64,000 nt of DNA from Gammaproteobacteria bacterium (lineage in GTDB: Bacteria > Pseudomonadota > Gammaproteobacteria > Acidiferrobacterales > Sulfurifustaceae), in the NCBI GenBank assembly GCA_029863005.1, contig JAOTWF010000001.1, forward strand, positions 21,869-85,868, given 5' to 3'. Within the stretch, counting starts at the first letter, position 1, and every line of letters starts with the position of its first letter. The position numbers were made by a program, and so were the translations under genes. The notes beneath the pieces are model-generated. The model did not search any database and was not told where the DNA came from. It saw only the letters and a program-made list of their open reading frames with translations. This document shows positions 59,319 through 64,000 of this stretch, one piece after another.

Positions 59319-60869
59319 ATGAGCAATCGGATGTCTTCCTGGCGCGCCGTGTGGCTGGCGTTACGCAGTCCACGCACGGCGGCAGTTAGCCTGCTCTCTT
59401 TTTCTTCCGGCCTTCCTTTGGGGCTGGTTTGGATCGCGATTCCGACCTGGTTGGCACGCGAGGGCGTGGACATCCGCATCATCGGCCTGTTCACGCTCGC
59501 CCAGGTACCGTGGAGCTTTAAATTCCTGTGGTCACCGCTGATGGACCGCTATGCCCTGCCGCTCCCGCGAATCGGGCGCAAGTTGGGCTGGACGCTCCTG
59601 TGGCAAATCGCGCTCCTGATCGGCACCCTGTCGCTCGGTGGCGTGGTCCTGCGGCCAGAGATGCTCTGGATTATTGGTAGCCTGACGCTCGCCATCGCTT
59701 TTGCCTCAGCCAGTCAAGACATCGCCATCGACGCTTACGCGGTCGAAGTCCTGGAACCGGACGAACAGGGTGTGGCCGTGGGAGCACGCATCGCCATTTA
59801 CCGCGCGGCCATGTTCGTGGCTGGCGGACTCACCATCACGCTGGCCGGCCTGTGGTCCTGGCCGATGATGTTCACGCTGCTCGCCCTCATGTACTTACCG
59901 CTAATGGCGGTCACGCTGCTGGCACCCAAATCCACTGCCGACCGCCTGCAAACGCCGCCGTCGCTGCGCGAAGCGGTGTGGGAACCGTTCGTTGGATTTC
60001 TTGCCAAGCGCCGTGCGCTCGAATTGCTGGCGTTCGTCGTACTTTACAAACTCGCCGACAACCTCGGCGGCGCGCTCGTACGGCCGTTCCTGGTGCAGAC
60101 CGGTTTCAATGATTTCGATGTCGGCATCGCCACCGCCACAATCGGCCTGATCACCACACTCGTGGGCACTTTCCTCGGCGGCGTGCTGACCACGGCCATG
60201 GGCCTCGGCCACGCGTTATGGGTATTCGGCGTACTCCAGATCGCCTCCAACTTCGGTTACGTGCTGATCGCCGAGATCGGTGTCAACCGGCCGTTGATGT
60301 ACGCCGCCATGGGCTTCGAGAGCCTCACCACCGGCATGGGCACGGGCGCCTTCAGTGTGCTGCTCCTGCGCATGACCATGAAACAGTTTTCCGCCACGCA
60401 GTACGCGCTGTTCACAAGCCTGTTCGCGCTCCCGCGCATTCTCGCCGGTCCGGTGACCGGCGTGATGGTGGATGCCATCGGCTGGCGGGAGTTCTTCCTG
60501 TTCACCATTGCCGTCGGCATCCCCGGCATGCTGATGCTCCAGCGCTTCTCGCCGCTGGGTCGGCGTGATCCGGAAATTCAACAACTGGCCGAAATTGAGC
60601 CGCGGGTCATCACCCGGATGGAGTTGTTACGACGGGCCATTCTCGGCGGTCTTGCCGGCTTCGCTCTCGCGGCGCTGTCCGTGGCACTGCTGGATGCCTT
60701 CAAACACCAGAAAACCACGGCGAGCTTCGATCTGTTTACTCCGTTGATAGCACTGTTCACGCCGGCGGACATATTGGGCTGGATCAGCTTGTTCGGCGCC
60801 ACCTTATTCAGTATCGTCATCGCGCTCGCCACGGCCGCCACGGCCGCGGCGCGATCGAGAAAATCCTGA
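59319..60869 (+). CDS. ampG: AmpG-family muropeptide MFS permease
   Basis: FSSGLPLGL, PWSFKFLWSPLMD, ASQDIAIDAY, SATQYALFTSL; start 59319 or 59331. Confidence 0.9.
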   Translation: MSNRMSSWRAVWLALRSPRTAAVSLLSFSSGLPLGLVWIAIPTWLAREGVDIRIIGLFTLAQVPWSFKFLWSPLMDRYALPLPRIGRKLGWTLLWQIALLIGTLSLGGVVLRPEMLWIIGSLTLAIAFASASQDIAIDAYAVEVLEPDEQGVAVGARIAIYRAAMFVAGGLTITLAGLWSWPMMFTLLALMYLPLMAVTLLAPKSTADRLQTPPSLREAVWEPFVGFLAKRRALELLAFVVLYKLADNLGGALVRPFLVQTGFNDFDVGIATATIGLITTLVGTFLGGVLTTAMGLGHALWVFGVLQIASNFGYVLIAEIGVNRPLMYAAMGFESLTTGMGTGAFSVLLLRMTMKQFSATQYALFTSLFALPRILAGPVTGVMVDAIGWREFFLFTIAVGIPGMLMLQRFSPLGRRDPEIQQLAEIEPRVITRMELLRRAILGGLAGFALAALSVALLDAFKHQKTTASFDLFTPLIALFTPADILGWISLFGATLFSIVIALATAATAAARSRKS

Positions 60870-60887
60870 AACTATCAGCGGATCCAG

Positions 60888-61154
60888 ATGGCCAGAGTCA
60901 AAATCTACAGCACCGGCACCTGCCCCTTGTGCCAGAAGGCCAAGGCATTGCTGAGTAAATGGAATGTCCCGTACGAGGAGATCCGCATCGATACGGACCG
61001 CGCCGCCCTGGCCAATTTCGCGCGTGTGACTAATGGCGCCCGCACGGTTCCCCAGATACTGGTCGATGACAAATGTATCGGCGGTTTCACCGAGCTTACC
61101 GAACTGCACATGGAAGGTGGGCTCGACGATATGGTGGATTCATCCACCAGCTAG
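60888..61154 (+). CDS. Glutaredoxin (GrxC-like)
   Basis: CPLC active site, RTVPQI, IGGF. Confidence 0.9.
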   Translation: MARVKIYSTGTCPLCQKAKALLSKWNVPYEEIRIDTDRAALANFARVTNGARTVPQILVDDKCIGGFTELTELHMEGGLDDMVDSSTS

Positions 61155-61193
61155 TCATACATGGCAAGCCCGGCGCGCGTAACACGCTGACGT

Positions 61194-61532
61194 TCAGCCA
61201 ATGATGGCACCGAAATAAGCCCACCACCACAGCACCAGCAACAACGCGGTCCCGAGATTCACACCGATCACGGTCTGATATCGCCGCCGCTGTTCGGGGT
61301 GACTCGCCAGTTGCACCGCCCCCATGATCGCATCGAGCAGCAGTACCATGAAAAAAAGCGGGACGAGCGCCGGGAATATCAGCGTCGGGAACATTTCCCA
61401 ACCGGCATAGGCAGGCTTCGTCCCCGGCGCCGGACGCAGGACCACCAGCGCCAACGTGCCGAAAACCAGCATCAGCCGCAGAGGTCCCATCCATTTCATC
61501 AGTTTCCGTACCCCGGGTAGTGTGGAAATCAT
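61194..61532 (-). CDS. Hypothetical membrane protein (about 3 TM)
   Basis: ATGA overlap with the xth stop; hydrophobic, 112 aa. Confidence 0.65.
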   Translation of the reverse strand: MISTLPGVRKLMKWMGPLRLMLVFGTLALVVLRPAPGTKPAYAGWEMFPTLIFPALVPLFFMVLLLDAIMGAVQLASHPEQRRRYQTVIGVNLGTALLLVLWWWAYFGAIIG

Positions 61533-62302
61533 AATGTGTACCCGTAATCCATAATCAGTGGGGAATGGTCAGAAAATTTTTTATCCTTGTATATTTTCTC
61601 CTTCTCCGCCTTGCCCGCAATACCCGGCGTGCCAATCTGGTAGTCAATACGCCAACCCACGTTCTTGGCGTAGGCCTGTCCACGGTTGGACCACCAGGTG
61701 TATTGGTCTGGCTTGTCGTTCAGGGAACGGAATACGTCTACCCAGCCAAGTTCATCGAATACCCGGGTGAGCCAGGCGCGTTCTTCGGGAAGGAAACCAG
61801 AGTTCTTTTGATTCGATTTCCAATTTTTTAGATCTATTTCCTTATGCGCGATGTTCCAGTCGCCGCACAGAATGTAATCACGCCCGTCGCCTCGCAGCTT
61901 ATTGAGAACAGGAAAGAAATGATCCATGAAACGGTACTTGGAAGCCTGCCGGTGCGGGCCGGCGGTACCGGAGGGCAGATAAACCGAAACGATACTGAGC
62001 GGACCAAAATCGGCCTGCAGATAACGACCTTCATCATCATGTTCCTTTGAGCCGAAACCGGTATGCACCCGATCCGGCGCGCGGCGGCAATAGAGTGCTA
62101 CCCCGGCATAGCCCTTCTTCTCGGCGCAATTGAAATAACCGTGAAATCCCCGTGGCGCACGCATCGCTTCCGTCAGGTCGGTTTCTTGCGCCTTGACCTC
62201 CTGAAGACAGACGACATCGGCGTTCTGGCGAGGTAACCATATGAACAACCCTTTTTTCGCGGCGGAACGGATGCCATTGACGTTAAGGGTGATGATGCGC
62301 AT
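61529..62302 (-). CDS. xth: Exodeoxyribonuclease III / AP endonuclease
   Basis: NVNGIR, CLQEVK, GDWNIAH, YTWWS, GWRIDY, FSDHSP. Confidence 0.95.
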   Translation of the reverse strand: MRIITLNVNGIRSAAKKGLFIWLPRQNADVVCLQEVKAQETDLTEAMRAPRGFHGYFNCAEKKGYAGVALYCRRAPDRVHTGFGSKEHDDEGRYLQADFGPLSIVSVYLPSGTAGPHRQASKYRFMDHFFPVLNKLRGDGRDYILCGDWNIAHKEIDLKNWKSNQKNSGFLPEERAWLTRVFDELGWVDVFRSLNDKPDQYTWWSNRGQAYAKNVGWRIDYQIGTPGIAGKAEKEKIYKDKKFSDHSPLIMDYGYTL

Positions 62303-62358
62303 GGCGCCGGATGATACCTGACTTTCCCGCGCCTGAGGTGGCGTTTACAATCGGTGCC

Positions 62359-62991
62359 ATGAAGGACTACCAGCGCGAGTTTCTGGACTTCGCCATCGAG
62401 TGCCAGGCTTTGCGCTTCGGGGAATTCACGCTGAAATCGGGGCGTCTCAGTCCCTATTTTTTCAACAGCGGTCTGTTCAGCTCCGGACGAACGTTAGCAC
62501 GGCTGGGACAATTCTATGCCCGCGCCCTTCAGGACAGCGGGATCGCTTTCGACATGCTCTACGGTCCCGCCTACAAGGGCGTGCCCTTGGCCTGCGCCAC
62601 GGCCATGGCGATCACGGACCGTGACGTACCGTATGCCTTCAACCGTAAAGAAGTGAAAAAATATGGTGAGGGCGGCAACGTCATCGGTCACCCCCTGCAG
62701 GGAAAGGTCGTCATCGTGGACGATGTGATCTCGGCCGGCACTTCGGTCCGGGAGTCTGTACAGATCATCAAGACCGCCGGTGCCTCGCCGGTCGGCGTGG
62801 CCATCGCTCTGGACCGGCAGGAGCGTGGCGAAGGCGCGACGTCTGCCGTCCAGGAGGTAGAAAAAACACTCGATTTGCGCGTGATCAGTATCATCAATCT
62901 GGAAACGCTGCTGCAATATCTCGCGGTCAAGAACGGCCTGCGCCGCTATCTTGAAGCGATTACCGCCTACCGCCAAGCCTACGGCACTTGA
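62359..62991 (+). CDS. pyrE: Orotate phosphoribosyltransferase, 210 aa
   Basis: [39 protein letters not shown]. Confidence 0.95.
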   Translation: MKDYQREFLDFAIECQALRFGEFTLKSGRLSPYFFNSGLFSSGRTLARLGQFYARALQDSGIAFDMLYGPAYKGVPLACATAMAITDRDVPYAFNRKEVKKYGEGGNVIGHPLQGKVVIVDDVISAGTSVRESVQIIKTAGASPVGVAIALDRQERGEGATSAVQEVEKTLDLRVISIINLETLLQYLAVKNGLRRYLEAITAYRQAYGT

Positions 62992-63026
62992 ACGCCTGAC
63001 TGCTGTCTGAAACGGGGAGGATCAGG

Positions 63027-63569
63027 ATGATCACCGTTTCGCGAAATGTCTATATCAAAGCGCCCGTCGAGCGCGTTTTTGCGCTGATGGCCGACCCGGC
63101 TGCGCGCAGTGCTCTCTCGCCGCACGCCCAGCCTCTTAAGGTTGAAATTGAGGGCAACAAACCCTTGCGTCAGGGCAGTGTGTGCCATTTCCGGCTGAAG
63201 ATGGATAACCACATCGCGGATTACCGCACTCGCGTATGCGAGTTCTTGCCGAACCAGTTGATTACGACGATCTCCGACACGCCTGTGCCTTTCCACATTC
63301 GCATGGAAACCCGGCCAGAAGGCCGTGGGACATGGCTGACACAAACTGAGCAATTTGACCCGACGGAAGACATGCTCGGTGAGACATTACCGCCCACACT
63401 AAAAAATATTGTGATGGAGAAAATCTGCTGGCTGCTGCCGTTTCTCGATCTGGATTATGCCGCTCGCACACAGCGCGACCGTGAAGACAGGCTGGAACAA
63501 CAACTGGGTGAGAAACTCGAACGCTGGCTCATAACCATCCAACAGCATCTTGAATCCGGAAACCGCTGA
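63027..63569 (+). CDS. SRPBCC/polyketide-cyclase-like protein
   Basis: N-terminal 'VYIKAPVERVFALMAD' pattern; AGGA RBS. Confidence 0.72.
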   Translation: MITVSRNVYIKAPVERVFALMADPAARSALSPHAQPLKVEIEGNKPLRQGSVCHFRLKMDNHIADYRTRVCEFLPNQLITTISDTPVPFHIRMETRPEGRGTWLTQTEQFDPTEDMLGETLPPTLKNIVMEKICWLLPFLDLDYAARTQRDREDRLEQQLGEKLERWLITIQQHLESGNR

Positions 63570-63572
63570 GGA

Positions 63573-63992
63573 TCAATCCCGGTCCCGATTCTTCTCCTCT
63601 GCTTCGCGACGATCGATGAAACGAGTAATCTGGGTATGCTTGGCCATGCGGATATTGCCCTCGTGCACCGCACCGCGGGCGATGGCCACCACCGGGCTCG
63701 TGATCTTGCCGTGCACGTAAGCGGTGCGGGCCAACTCCAGTTTGTTGATGGCCTGGATATCGCCGTCGACGCGCCCGGCGATGACGACGCTGTTGGCGCG
63801 GATGTTGCCCTTCCAGCGGCTGCCTTCGCCCAAAACAAGAATGCCTTCGATGTCGCAATCGCCTTGCACCTGACCGTAAATAATATGATTGTCCTTCCCC
63901 TGGAACACGCCCGTGTACACCGACTCCGGCCCGAGCATGCTTGTGAAATCCTCGACATGATCGAGGGTGCGGCGTCGTTGCTTGCGGCCCAT
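63573..63992 (-). CDS. Bactofilin (polymer-forming cytoskeletal protein)
   Basis: Beta-helix repeats VQGDCDIEGILVLG..GNIRA..VVIAGRVDGDI..VHGKI..GAVHEG. Confidence 0.88.
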   Translation of the reverse strand: MGRKQRRRTLDHVEDFTSMLGPESVYTGVFQGKDNHIIYGQVQGDCDIEGILVLGEGSRWKGNIRANSVVIAGRVDGDIQAINKLELARTAYVHGKITSPVVAIARGAVHEGNIRMAKHTQITRFIDRREAEEKNRDRD

Positions 63993-64000
63993 AGCCTTCA

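Overview
GC-rich gammaproteobacterial chromosome segment from a chemolithoautotroph. Gene content and synteny suggest a Sulfuricaulis/Acidiferrobacterales-like sulfur oxidiser (inference only). Left to right: (1) 3' part of an inorganic-carbon uptake locus: DabA/DUF2309, a NuoL-like DabB and two extra NuoM-like subunits, then a ClC channel. (2) Accessory patch (GFA protein, YadGH-type ABC transporter, orphan proteins) containing two clear and one degenerate integron attC sites on the minus strand, with a low-GC cargo gene and no integrase in the window (CALIN-like). (3) terC, psiE, PAP2 and an LTA-synthase-like gene. (4) Form IA Rubisco cluster cbbR / cbbL-cbbS-cbbQ-orf-cbbO with no carboxysome genes. 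(5) tkt-gap-pgk-pyk-fba, interrupted by an antisense class I aldolase and with palindromic modules in its spacers. (6) IMPase-family gene, thioredoxin-like gene, bioA. (7) Pil-Chp chemosensory cluster pilGHIJ-chpA-cheW-cheW. (8) gshA-gshB-tonB-yqgE-yqgF-pyrR-pyrB-pyrC', pilU-pilT, proC-yggT-yggU (no yggS). (9) Stand-alone dynamin-like GTPase, ampG, glutaredoxin, xth, pyrE, SRPBCC protein and bactofilin. No rRNA, tRNA, CRISPR array, transposase or integrase was recognised. All family calls come from motif recognition by eye; no database searches were run. Several starts were moved from the ORF track to a downstream ATG with a better RBS.
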